Assembly: GCA_013265495.1 (NCBI GenBank)
Contig: MU057889.1
Coordinates: 109,679-129,678, forward strand
Direction: 5' to 3'
DNA length: 20,000 nucleotides
Source: Vicugna vicugna
Taxonomy: Eukaryota
Shown: positions 1 through 12,971 of the stretch, piece by piece
How the letters are laid out: each line of letters begins with the position of its first letter
Position numbering within the stretch: the first letter of the stretch is position 1
Notes under the pieces: generated by a model
What the model was told of the DNA's origin: nothing
What the model saw: the letters and a program-made list of their open reading frames with translations, nothing else
Databases searched by the model: none
Program-made: the position numbers and the translations under genes

Positions 1-10
1 TTAGAATCTA

Positions 11-148
<138 letters not shown>

Positions 149-256
149 CTAGAAAAACACATGCACGTTTCTCAGAGCAAAATTTCAGGTCATATGATTC
201 CTCATGGAGAATATTTCCCACTAGCCTGTGCAGCAAACACTCAAAGGACCCCTTCA

Positions 257-430
<174 letters not shown>

Positions 431-899
431 TCAAATACAAGAAGAGTAAAGGGCATCTGATAGAAGTGAGATACGGCTTGTTAACCAGTATCTTCATAAA
501 ATAACGCATCCCTAACAAGAAAGCAAGTCTTGGCACCTGGCCTACATTTATATACAATCATGAAATCTCGATGCAAATTACACAACCAAACACTGCCAAT
601 ACTTTCATCCCAGATCACCTTACACAAATAAGCATTAATGGGGTGGTGAGTGGAGGGGACTATGTAATATTTTCAAATAAATAGCCTGGTGTGATCACGT
701 AACTGTATTAAATAAATGACCTTATATAATATCACAAAAATCAGTTACCATAAAGAAGGGAGCTGACAGAAAAAGGGGGAACAAATCACAGGATAATGAC
801 CAAGGTTTAAGGATTACAGATTAAGGAATTCCTGTAATAATCTAAGTCAGAAGTGCCATTCCCAGTAGCTACTGGAGAGGAAATGAGTTCAGATTCCCA

Positions 900-1020
900 A
901 AAGGTATAAACCAAAATGTTAAGAGTAGTCATTAGGTGATCCTTTATGGAAAATATTCTTTTTCTTGGTTCTATTTTCTGATTTTTCTGCAATGAACATG
1001 TATTACTTATTTTTAAATTT
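900..1020 (+). mobile_element. L1ME-like 3' end fragment
   Basis: accaaaatgttaagagtagt...tttttctgcaatgaacatgtattactt is typical of L1ME 3' UTR ends. Confidence 0.55.
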
Positions 1021-1296
1021 TCTTCTTCTTCTGTAATTTGGCTGGTCTACCTCATGACAGAATCTCCATGCTGTCAATACAAGTGCCTGAGCAGAGTGCA
1101 GATAATTACCAGTAAGGGTCACTGTAGCAGAAATCCTGAATTAAACGAAGGCAGACCTTTAAGGCTGGAACACCAGAGTGCCACAGTCCCAATTTCTCCA
1201 AGCTTTCCAACCATCTAAAAGCTACTTAATTCGCTGTAACATCAAATGTCTCCCCCCTCCTCCTACTCCACAATCCCTCTCCTCCCAAATCTTCAC

Positions 1297-1485
1297 CTCT
1301 GGAGTATTGTGACGGAGCCAGTAGTACGCTTCTCGAAAGTCATCAAAAATGATCCTACTGCCGTCCCCACCGCGAGCAGACAGCACGATGGAGGGGGAAG
1401 AGTAGGCCTCACTGGTCACCCAGGTTGAATGAAACGTGTAGGTGATGAGAAAGAAAGCCATGACCAGAATCATGCCACTTGCCAC
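1297..1485 (-). CDS. STT3A: STT3A exon 13
   Basis: [63 protein letters not shown]; gtttag| ... |gtgaag; 189 nt. Confidence 0.98.
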
Positions 1486-1679
1486 CTAAACAAGGAAGAA
1501 TTGTGTTGTAAACCAAATTAAATTTACACAACACAGAACTGCTTCTTACACACCGTCAATAATACAGACGAGATGAATCAAAGTCAGAGGCTACGTGAGT
1601 TAATTCCGACCACCTGTGGCAGTGCTCTACCTTACTCCTCCTCAATCAAAAAAACCCCCACAATACATGCATACATACA

Positions 1680-1682
<3 letters not shown>

Positions 1683-1712
<30 letters not shown>
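1683..1712. repeat. (AC)15 microsatellite with degenerate flanks (~1663-1723)
   Basis: Direct reading of the sequence. Confidence 0.97.
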
Positions 1713-1714
<2 letters not shown>

Positions 1715-1752
1715 AAACACACAGTTCCCCAAGCCTATTCTTTGCATTGCTA

Positions 1753-1917
<165 letters not shown>

Positions 1918-1983
1918 CTAAAAAGCAGGAAGCACAATCTAATCGGTATTCTACAAATTACAGACGTCAACCTATCATCAGCT

Positions 1984-2213
1984 TAGGGGTTTTCAACAAA
2001 CATGATTTGTTAGTGGAACAGAACAAAATAGAAGAGAAAATATTTGATACATCTACAGTAGAATTATATTTCTTCTTTAAAAATTTTGATTTTGCTTACT
2101 TTTTAGAAGTATGTATTTTTTTAAAGATTGTTTATCCATTACACATCCTGAGAAATGACATAAAATGTATTTCTTAACTGTGGTTTGGGGTCAAGAAAGC
2201 ATGAGAAATACTG
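1984..2213. mobile_element. Degenerate hAT-like DNA transposon (MER-type)
   Basis: Imperfect terminal inverted repeats taggggttttcaa / atgagaaatactg and a subterminal aaaatgtatttcttaactgtgg...gtcaagaaag motif. Confidence 0.4.
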
Positions 2214-2562
2214 TCCTACTGCAATATATGAAATCTCTCTTCTAATAACCTAGCACTCAGTACCCAGGCCTTTAAGGAAAAAACATCACCTCCCTTTTTA
2301 AGACACCAGAAAGAGCTGAGAACGAACCTGCCCAGTCACCTTCTCCAACGAGTGTCAAAGCACCTCTCCCTCATACAAGGTTCTGAATCCAAGAAAGCTG
2401 GGCCCCACAATCAGAATGATGGGTGCCCCTCACCTTCCTGGGAAGGATCAACAACGGTGGGAGCTTTATAACTCAGCCCCTCAGATGTCAGAAGGAGGCA
2501 TGTACACAATCGCGGGTACTTCCTGAATCCTGCCATGCAGGGGGGGAGAAACCTCAGAGCTA

Positions 2563-2718
<156 letters not shown>

Positions 2719-2744
2719 TCAGCAGCTGATGAAAAGACAATCAT

Positions 2745-3213
2745 AAATACATGCAAAGATCACCATGGCACTCCCCAAAATAGCAAAAAATTCTGAAACC
2801 ACCTAAATGCTCAGCATTAAGAAGGTACTTAATTACAGACGCTTTATAATATAGAATGAAATATATCAATTAAAATACTGCTGCAGAAGATTATGGACCA
2901 TTTGCCGTCTTCTCTACACACCTCTGTACTTAAAAAAACTAACGAATGATATATCTTAAATATTATTTCTCTAAAATAACACAAAATAACATAATTATCA
3001 TGATTATGAAATTTTTTAAATCAGAGGAAAAAGCTGCACCATCTGACTTCTCATCAATAAATAACTGGATGAATATACATCAAAATGCTAACAGTAACAA
3101 CAGATGTGGTGAGAACTCCTAAAATATTTATTTTTTAAAAAATTGTCTATATTTTTACGAGACAATTTACTTTCATAATAAGAAAAAAACAAAAGCTATT
3201 CTAAAAAAAAAAA
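2745..3213 (+). mobile_element. Old L1 (L1M/L1ME-like) 3' fragment
   Basis: aatagcaaaaaattctgaaaccacctaaatgc...atatacatcaaaatgctaacagt...tactttcataataagaaaaaa followed by an A-rich tail. Confidence 0.65.
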
Positions 3214-3306
3214 GTGCCCTACCACTGATAAATTCTAAAACATATCTGAAATGGCCAGAAGGTAAGTTAGAGTCAAATGGTGATTCTTAGACAGAAGGCC
3301 ACTTCA

Positions 3307-3537
<231 letters not shown>

Positions 3538-4310
3538 CTAACTTATCACTTTCCATTTTAATAAGATTTTCTGAGACTGAGAAGGACTAGGTTTTTATTT
3601 AAACGCCACCAATACTTTGAGAATTTCACTCCTTACTTTCTTTCAAACTTGAGAGAACTTTTGCCAGCAGAACCAGCAGAATAAAGTTGGGCTGTATATA
3701 AACTTAGAGGGAAGGGAGGCAGAAGAGACTCCTAGAAGGGTTTTAGGCCAAATCTGGTCAAACCAAGGCCAACTCAATGAACTAAGTCACTCTGTCCTCT
3801 AGTGCTGCTCTGAATTACACAATACACCAGAGTCTCAGGCAAAATCAAAACAGCCTCTGAATCGTGGAAGGGAGGAAAATGAAGGAAGGAGGGAAACATG
3901 GCATGCTAACCAAACAGAACAGCCATGCTTTAGTGCACACAGGCTTAGATGAGGCGTGCCGTGGGGTATGGTAAGCAATGCTAGGCCCTCTCCCACCTGA
4001 CCAACAGGAAAGAAAAGGGGAAAAAAAAAAAAAGAGGTGACAGATTAGCATGGTAAGATACAGTCCTGTCACCAAGCATGGTTTTTCTGAGATTAAGAGC
4101 TGCTCTAGTAAGATATTCTTTGCTATGCTGAATCCAAACACTGGCTGACAAGAGGACTGAATGTGTGAAAGTCAGACTTTATATGCTTGAAATCAAAAGA
4201 GAAACTGGAAGAAAAGAACGAACCGTTCTGTGGTCAGGAAATAACCCTTATTTTTGGAGTTTATTCTATGTTAGTACCCAATTACACTTAATACTAAAGG
4301 CCTTCCCTAC

Positions 4311-4491
4311 CTGTCAGCATGAGGAGAGCTCCCACGGTGAGAAGGACAAAGCCTACCAGGGAGATGACACTTCGGAAAAGAACTTCAAATTGCTGTGGAT
4401 TCAACTTGCTGCGCAGATAATCCACAAAGGCATGGATCTGGCAGAGACCAAAGACCCCGAAGGCTGCCATGTGCTCTGATGACAGAACGGG
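4311..4491 (-). CDS. STT3A: STT3A exon 9
   Basis: [60 protein letters not shown](G); ctgcag| ... |gtaggg; 181 nt. Confidence 0.98.
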
Positions 4492-4679
4492 CTGCAGGTG
4501 AAAGCATATGTATGAGAATATTAGGAAAAGGATGGGTCCAGCCTTGACCTGAATTATCCTGATCAAGTTCAGACCAGAGAATCAAACGAGTTCTGAGGCC
4601 ACCAAGGAATTAGGGCCATTCTAGGATACAGTCTAATTCAGCTGTCACATTTTCCAAAGAATATTTGGAGTCCCCCAGA

Positions 4680-5221
4680 CTGTACCATACTCTATCATTT
4701 CTGGCCTTTGCTCAGGCTATTTCTTTAGCCTCAACTGCAATTTTCTCATTATCCCAAAATTTGCATTCACTGAAATTCTCATCAGTCAAGGCCCAATGCA
4801 CATACCATTTCCTTCTAATCTGCCAAACTGAAATCCATCACTCCCCTCCATATTCCACACACTGAGATCTCTGCCATCACTTAGGCCAGTGGTTCTCAAA
4901 CCACAAGGCATCATAACCATGGCAGGGGAAAAGACAAAGGAGTATTTAGACATAGACTGCTGAGCCCCACCGCCCAAGTCTCTGACTCAGTGGGTCTGTG
5001 GCAGGTCCTCAGAATTTGCATTTCTAACAAATGCCGAGATGCTGCTGCTCCACGAACTACATTTCTAGAACCACACAGTACAGAGAAGCTGCGGTGCTTC
5101 TTTCCCATCAAGACTGTGACTTCCTTAAGGACTAGAACTGATTTTCATTTCTTACATTTCCCAGTTATCAGTAAACTGCACATAGTAGGTGATCAGTAAA
5201 GAAATACTTACTGACCTGAAT
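4680..5221 (+). mobile_element. L2 LINE 3' fragment interrupted by the MER5A element
   Basis: ggcctttgctcaggctatt on the left; agactgtgacttccttaaggactag...cacatagtaggtgatcagtaaa...tacttactga on the right; both resemble the L2 3' end. Confidence 0.6.
4887..5076 (+). mobile_element. MER5A-like hAT-Charlie non-autonomous DNA transposon
   Basis: Starts CAGTGGTTCTCAAA and ends AGAACCAC; internal ctgagccccac...tctgactcagtgggtctg...agaatttgcatttctaacaa matches the remembered MER5A consensus; ~190 bp. Confidence 0.85.
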
Positions 5222-5683
5222 AAGGGTTCCACTTTCTTAAGAATTTTACATGAGAAATCAAACACACCACATTATTCTCTGACTTAACAGCTGTTTCTTA
5301 ACCCTGTGGGGTAATGTGATTGTAAGGTTTGTGCTTTGCTTCCTATAGGACTTTCACTAAGGCCCTATTAAGAAGTTCAGGGGTCATTACTATTAAATGG
5401 GGTCATTTGCATTAAAAAGGACTGGAAAACATATAACTTTGATCACTCACATCAATTCAAGTTCAGCCAAAATATCCCTCCTCCTCTCATAAACCTAAGG
5501 CAAAGTAAGAGTCATTAAATTCAAACTTCATGAGAAAATATTAACACACTCCAGGAGGCAGACTTTAATGACCAACGATTCTGTTGCTTCAGTTAACACA
5601 GGCAGTCCAAAGCCAGACCTGTGAATAAGTTTTTACTATCCTCACTAGAATCTAAGATAAATCAATCTAGTTGGAGCTGCTTA

Positions 5684-5893
<210 letters not shown>

Positions 5894-6485
5894 CTAGGAC
5901 AGGACAAAACAGAACAGTTCCTCTGAGCACTCGTCCTTGCTCCACTGCCATTATACCTTAGCATATTACCTGCGAGCTTTTTAAAGAACATCTCTTTATA
6001 ATAAGCAAAAACTTAATTTATGCCAAGTGGCTTAAAGAGTTTAAATAGCTGACTTCTTTAAATAGGAAAATCAACTTAACACCCATTGCTGTAACTCAAT
6101 CCCCTGTTCTCCATGGCTCCTGCCATCACAATCACAGAACAAGAGGGCCCCAACCCTCAGGGCTTACCTGGATGCAGCCTAGTGCAAGGTTACAGGGAGG
6201 ACTTAGGGGTACATGGGAAACGTGAGCAAGTGGAAGCAGTTAAGGGAAGGAGTTTCAGTGTTTACAAAAGATCGAACAGAAAAGAAACACATTAGAAAAG
6301 GGGAAATTTAAGAAGAACATACTAGAAAAGAGAGTTGGCCAACCAATATGTACCCATAAGAAATACAGTATCTGGAGACCTTTAAAAATTAAAAAAATTA
6401 TCTCCAGCTTCCTATTTTAAAAGGGATATCCTTGTCCACCTTGGTTTAGGCTTTGTATGGATACAAGGGACAATTAAGACTTCTA

Positions 6486-6752
<267 letters not shown>

Positions 6753-6764
6753 TTAATACTGTTC

Positions 6765-6978
6765 CGGAACAAACTATCTGGATTCATAGCTCAGATCTCT
6801 ACCCATTAATAGTATAACTACTCTAACAACTCTTTGCCTCACTTTCCTAGAAGAGTCCATAACAGTATCTACTTCACCAAGTGTCGTGAAGACAAATTCA
6901 GCTACTGCCTGTACAGCACTGAGAACAGAACCCAGCCCACAGCAAACACACAGTGAGCGTTCGCCATGATCACTACTG
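6765..6978 (+). mobile_element. MIR SINE (degenerate)
   Basis: ctggattc...tctttgcctcactttcct...aacagtatctacttca...tgtcgtgaagacaaat...cagcactgagaacag resembles the MIR core and tail. Confidence 0.65.
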
Positions 6979-7059
6979 CTCTCTCCAGGACTAAACTCCC
7001 TGCTACTTTAGTCCTAAAGATAATCCCGGACCGCCAGGCACCCCCTGCTTCTCCATCCT

Positions 7060-7447
7060 CCCACAAGCTGGTCCTTACACCCTGACTGGGCCTCTCCTTA
7101 GCATCTGTCGAATGAAGTTCCAACTTCACGGCCCAGTTCCATCACAACTACTTCTGAAAAGCCTTCCCTGATCCGCAAACCTGAGTTAATCTCTCCTCTC
7201 ACTACATTCCCAGAGTACTCTGCTCGTACTTCTCTCATGGCGCATAATACTATCTGCCTGTTATTTGTTATTTTCATAGGTCCACATTAATCTTCATTAA
7301 TAGATTATGGGCCAACATAACTTTATTCATTATCTATCTCTGTAATTCCTTAACTGTAGGCTAAAATAATTTTATTCATTATCTATCTTCGTAACATCTA
7401 ACACTGTGTTTCACTAATAACATTCAATAAATACAGGCTGAACTGAA
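7060..7447 (+). mobile_element. L2 LINE 3' fragment
   Basis: cttctgaaaagccttccctga...cattcaataaatacaggctgaactgaa resembles the L2 3' terminus. Confidence 0.6.
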
Positions 7448-7752
7448 AATAAGTCACTGAATGTCATTATAGTTTAAAGAATATCCATTCCTCTTATCTA
7501 GGAGAATGAAGCAAATGATTACAATTTTAAAACAATAGCACCATTCAACACTAACACTTAACTCTACTTTTAGGAGTACAGAGACGAGGCAAAGGCCTTG
7601 GAAAATTACCAGCTACCTTTCTGGAGGAAATGACAGAGAGAGAACATAAACCTGTCTGAGGTCCCTTGCTGTACATTTCTAGACTTCTCACCCAGATACT
7701 ATTTTTGCTACTGCTAAATAACAGGGCCGAACCCACAGTCTACTGCTACTCA

Positions 7753-7926
<174 letters not shown>

Positions 7927-9048
7927 TTAACACAATACATACCCGAGAGAGGAGAACAGGATCCACTAGTCCATTCTGCTCATAATGGGCCCAGAGAACA
8001 GTCCGACACTTTCCAAGGCAGATGTGATGCTAAAAATGCTAGAAATGTTCACAGCACAAGAAAGCTAAATACTTCACAACCGATTCCCCTCGACGACACC
8101 AAGTCTGAAACCGAGTACACACATGCTGAGGACAGACAAACCAGGTAAGCTGTCAGGCACCAGATGCTGCCCCAGAATGGGCTGTTTGGCTGGAGTATCC
8201 CCAGACTTATGAGTCCCTATCCCTAACAATACCTGCGCACCGCAGGAACACCAGTCACACCTCTAAAAGCTCTGCAAAGACAGTTAAGGGAAGATCATAA
8301 TTACTTGAGCTAAAAAACCAACAAAGAGAGGTGATAATCTATTTGGACTAAAGATGCCAGGAGCTCAGATGATAAAGTTGGAATATTCCTAGGCAATCTG
8401 TGAACTCAGGAGAGAGGAACAACAAAATGCAACCCACACTCCACAAGAGGAAGGACTTGTCTATTAATAAGAGTCAAATTTGGAAAAGGGCAGCAAGGAG
8501 AAGATGAAAAAGCTTCCAAACTCAAGCTTCCCAAGCCCTCCTGCTAGTTCATCACCTCTCGGGTATCCTCCTGACACCACAGCCACAAACTAAGAATAGC
8601 ACCCAGGAGCCAGGGTCAGCAATGCAGCAACCTAGAAAGAGAGCCAGTATTATGAAGTCTACTACAAAAGCCAAGCGGTTTAAGAATTTTTAAATAAATG
8701 TTTAAAAAAACAACAACAACAAATAATTGCTCAGTGTCCATTTCCAGCAGGAAGCACTAATCACTTTGGAATAGTTCTTGTAGTTATTTTTTCTCTCCCT
8801 TAGATTGTGAGGACTTCAAAATCTAAACCTCACATTTCGCATTTCAAGTGATTCGTTTTCCATAGGTACCAATTTATATTTGAACTTCAAATGTTCTCTT
8901 ATCAGGACAAAGAGTTGTTAATGATAAGAAACCACATATCCTAGGGAGGGCTGGAGTGAACCCGGTAATTCAGCTCAGCAGAAGCTCTCTAGCCTCCGGC
9001 TCTCTGCGCTTCCAAGGCTCTCAGTCCCCCACCCTTCAACATCGACTA

Positions 9049-9414
<366 letters not shown>

Positions 9415-9570
9415 TCAATCCGAAGTCCAGAATTCATGAAAAGCTAACCACCCACACTCTCCCATACATGGTCTCCTTTCTATATAAACTGTATTTTTAG
9501 GAATTTGTAATCAGAATGAAATGACAAGTATCACAAAATGACATTAAAAATAAAAGAAACTGTTCCATTA

Positions 9571-9954
<384 letters not shown>

Positions 9955-10446
9955 TTAAGAAAATGCGACCGGAGCCTAAACTTGTAAGGAAACACTCAAG
10001 CAGGATACTTCACCAGGCTGACATGCAGGAGGCATCAGTCCCAGTGAGAAACTTCAAGGACCCAAAAGACAGGACAGCTGAGATGTGGGCACTGATAGAT
10101 TTGGGCTCTTTTCAAGTGACATGAACACACAAAAGAACATTTTCATACCACACACAGACACATGGATAACCTCAAGTGATGAGCAGCTCTAAAGATGTGG
10201 GTATAACACTGTATGCAAGATGAAAAATTTTTTAGTCCACTCCACAACACAAACTTCTTAATCACTCTCTAAACTTGTAATTAGATCTACTCATGTTGTT
10301 ATTTAAAATAGTTTTGAATGCCACCTACATAGTAGCATAAAAATACAGGTTATATTAAAAATATTTGATATAAAATACTGAGTTATACACAGAAAGACAG
10401 TTCTTCAGGTCCAAGCTGTGTAACCGCTTCTCTTAAATTTCTCATT

Positions 10447-10515
10447 TAAAAATAAATAAAAAGTAAAGACAAAAAACTATAAATAATAAAAATATAAATG
10501 AATAATAAAATAAAA
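10447..10515. repeat. A-rich low-complexity tract
   Basis: aaaaataaataaaaagtaaagacaaaaaactataaataataaaaatataaatgaataataaaataaaa. Confidence 0.75.
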
Positions 10516-10824
10516 GGCACTGTTTAATTACTACAGATAGTAATGACTGACCATCTTTCCTGCCCACCCCTCTAACCCCATTTCCTCCTTGGTCAGTCGA
10601 GTTTTAGCAGCTGCAGTAAGCAGAGGTAGCAGATGGCAGAAATCTTTATCCTTCTGCTGTTGCTGATGAATGTTATTTTGGTAACTGTCAGGGAGACAGA
10701 AGGGATGAGGGTACAGGCAGTCAACATGTGTCAGAACTGAGTCCTTTACCTAACCGAGGGAGAGGCTGAGTGAAGTGGGGTAAGTATAAGCTAGTGGGAG
10801 TAGGTCTGGGCTGGGGTCTCACCC

Positions 10825-10900
10825 TGCACTCAGTTTCCTGCTGTGCAAAAGGAAGTGTTAAATCACATGATCCCTACAGTCCCTTCCGGCTCTCCGATTG
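10825..10900 (+). mobile_element. MIR3/MIRc-like fragment
   Basis: ctcagtttcctgctgtgcaaaagg...atgatccctacagtcccttccggctct resembles the MIR3 3' region. Confidence 0.6.
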
Positions 10901-11242
10901 CAGAGCAGATGCTCTTGCTTCACTGACCATCTCATCTCAGTGTGTGCTCATCTACAGGGTCAGAGAAAAAGCCCTAACAGACTGGTGATCGAGAAATGAA
11001 AGGATATGTTTCCTCCATGAGAAAAAATATAAATTGCTTTGGGAGGCCCCAAAGAAAGTATCTGTAGGTCTCCAAAGTGCTTTCAAACATCTGCACAAAA
11101 CAATATGACAAATCTGCAAATACATGCAGGTATTAAACTTGAATCAATGCTCTGAATATGCTATTTTTAAGATATCAATGATGCTTCGAGAACATATGAT
11201 TCTGGCCCTCTAAATTTTTAATTAAGCCTTAACTTTAGACAA

Positions 11243-11470
11243 TATAGCACAGTGTCATATATATAACTCCAGTGTCTAGAGATAGACAAATCTAGATTCA
11301 AATCTTGGCTCCTCCACTTACTATACGTATAACCTTGAATAGCCTCTCCCAGCCTCAGACACATATGTAAAAAGGAGATAACAGTACCTCTATCTCACAG
11401 GGTTATTGTAAGGATTTAGAGATAATCTGTAAAACAGTGTTTGGAACAAAATGAAGCTCAGTAAATGTCT
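11243..11470 (+). mobile_element. MIR SINE
   Basis: tctagattcaaatcttggctcctccacttacta...aaccttg...gcctcag...tgtaaaaaggagataacagtacct...tcacagggttattgtaaggattta. Confidence 0.8.
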
Positions 11471-11993
11471 TTCATCTGTATCTTTTTTTATCTAATAAAC
11501 CAAAATCCCTAGTCAAACTCCCAGCTTCAGATTTTCCCCAATGTCTTAAAACTTAACTCATAGGCCCAATTTCTATTATACAAATTGTTAAACAGGGAAA
11601 AGTCATGAATCTCAAGTTCATGACTTGCGATTTTTCCTTTGAGCCTCAAACACACAGCAGGCACAGGCCCCTTCCCCTCGATCTGTACCAGTAACAGTCA
11701 ATCAAGCTGAGAAGCCAGACTTCTCTCAGCCTGGCCAGATCTTAGGTGACAGGCAGCTTTACCAGCAGTGCCTCTGCCATTCTGTATGAACTTGACAGAC
11801 TCACTTGGTCTCAAATTCCAACAGAAATATTTCAAAAGGAGACAGTATTGCCTTTGGAAAACTTGAGGGATTTCCCCCTCTAAATGTATAGCAAATACAT
11901 CCCCATCACTGAGAGCTGACTGGAATCTGAATTTGAAACCCATGAACCTGAATGCTTCCTAAAGGAAATACCAGACCAAGCAAAGGTACTCAC

Positions 11994-12054
11994 GGATCAA
12001 ATTCATGGATGACACTTTCAAATCTCAGGACGGCAAAAAGACGAGTGGAGAACG
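11994..12054 (-). CDS. STT3A: STT3A exon 3
   Basis: (S)FSTRLFAVLRFESVIHEFD(P); tgcag| ... |gtgagt; 61 nt; contains the conserved HEFDP metal-binding segment. Confidence 0.97.
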
Positions 12055-12135
12055 CTGCAAAAACCAGAGAACCAACATTTTAACGGTAATGTACCATGAA
12101 AAACAATAGTAGATATTAATATTATAGAGATTAGT

Positions 12136-12200
12136 AGTATATAAAATGAGTATATAGTATATAACATGAGTATATAAAAAGAGCATATCATATATAAATT
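12136..12200. repeat. AT-rich degenerate minisatellite (unit ~AGTATATAAAATG)
   Basis: agtatataaaatg agtatat agtatataacatg agtatataaaaag agcatat. Confidence 0.7.
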
Positions 12201-12794
12201 GATCTTTGAATAAAGTATTTATCCATTTCTGGATAAATACACACAGAAGAAACAAAGAAGTTCACTGTCCCCTGACAATGACACCTACTTTTTCCACTTA
12301 AGTAGGACACATTTAACTACTTATTATCAAGGCCTATGACAATACATTCAACAATATGTACTAATAATACCGTGTTCGATTTAAGCAGTCGTCTTTTATA
12401 TATTCCCTCCCCATAACCTTATCTTTGCAGCAAACTAAGAGGTAAGGCAATCATGCCTTATGACTCATAAAGAGCCAGAAAACTCTAAGAAAACAGAGTA
12501 AGTTCTGGAGCGACCTTCAGAAATACTAAGGTAACCAATTACAGAGAACAAATGTCCTTTACAAAGTTCAGTATCCCAGGGTCACCGGGCGCTCTCGACC
12601 CCATGAGAAAACAGAATCAGCACAGCATGTGGCCCGTTCTTTCCCAGATGATCATTAGCCCCAACTTCTATAATGCTTGCGTTTCTTCGATTTTGCTTTC
12701 TTAAAATTATACTGATCGAGAACAGCAAAAAGAATACATTACAATCTGCTGAGAAAAGTAAGGCACTTAAGAAAGCCACTGTTGACTTTTTTCA

Positions 12795-12971
<177 letters not shown>

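Noticed and set aside
8407..8556. Possible intronic C/D-box snoRNA (GTGATGA ... CTGA on the minus strand)
   Set aside because: No terminal stem, atypical spacing and no recognisable antisense element.
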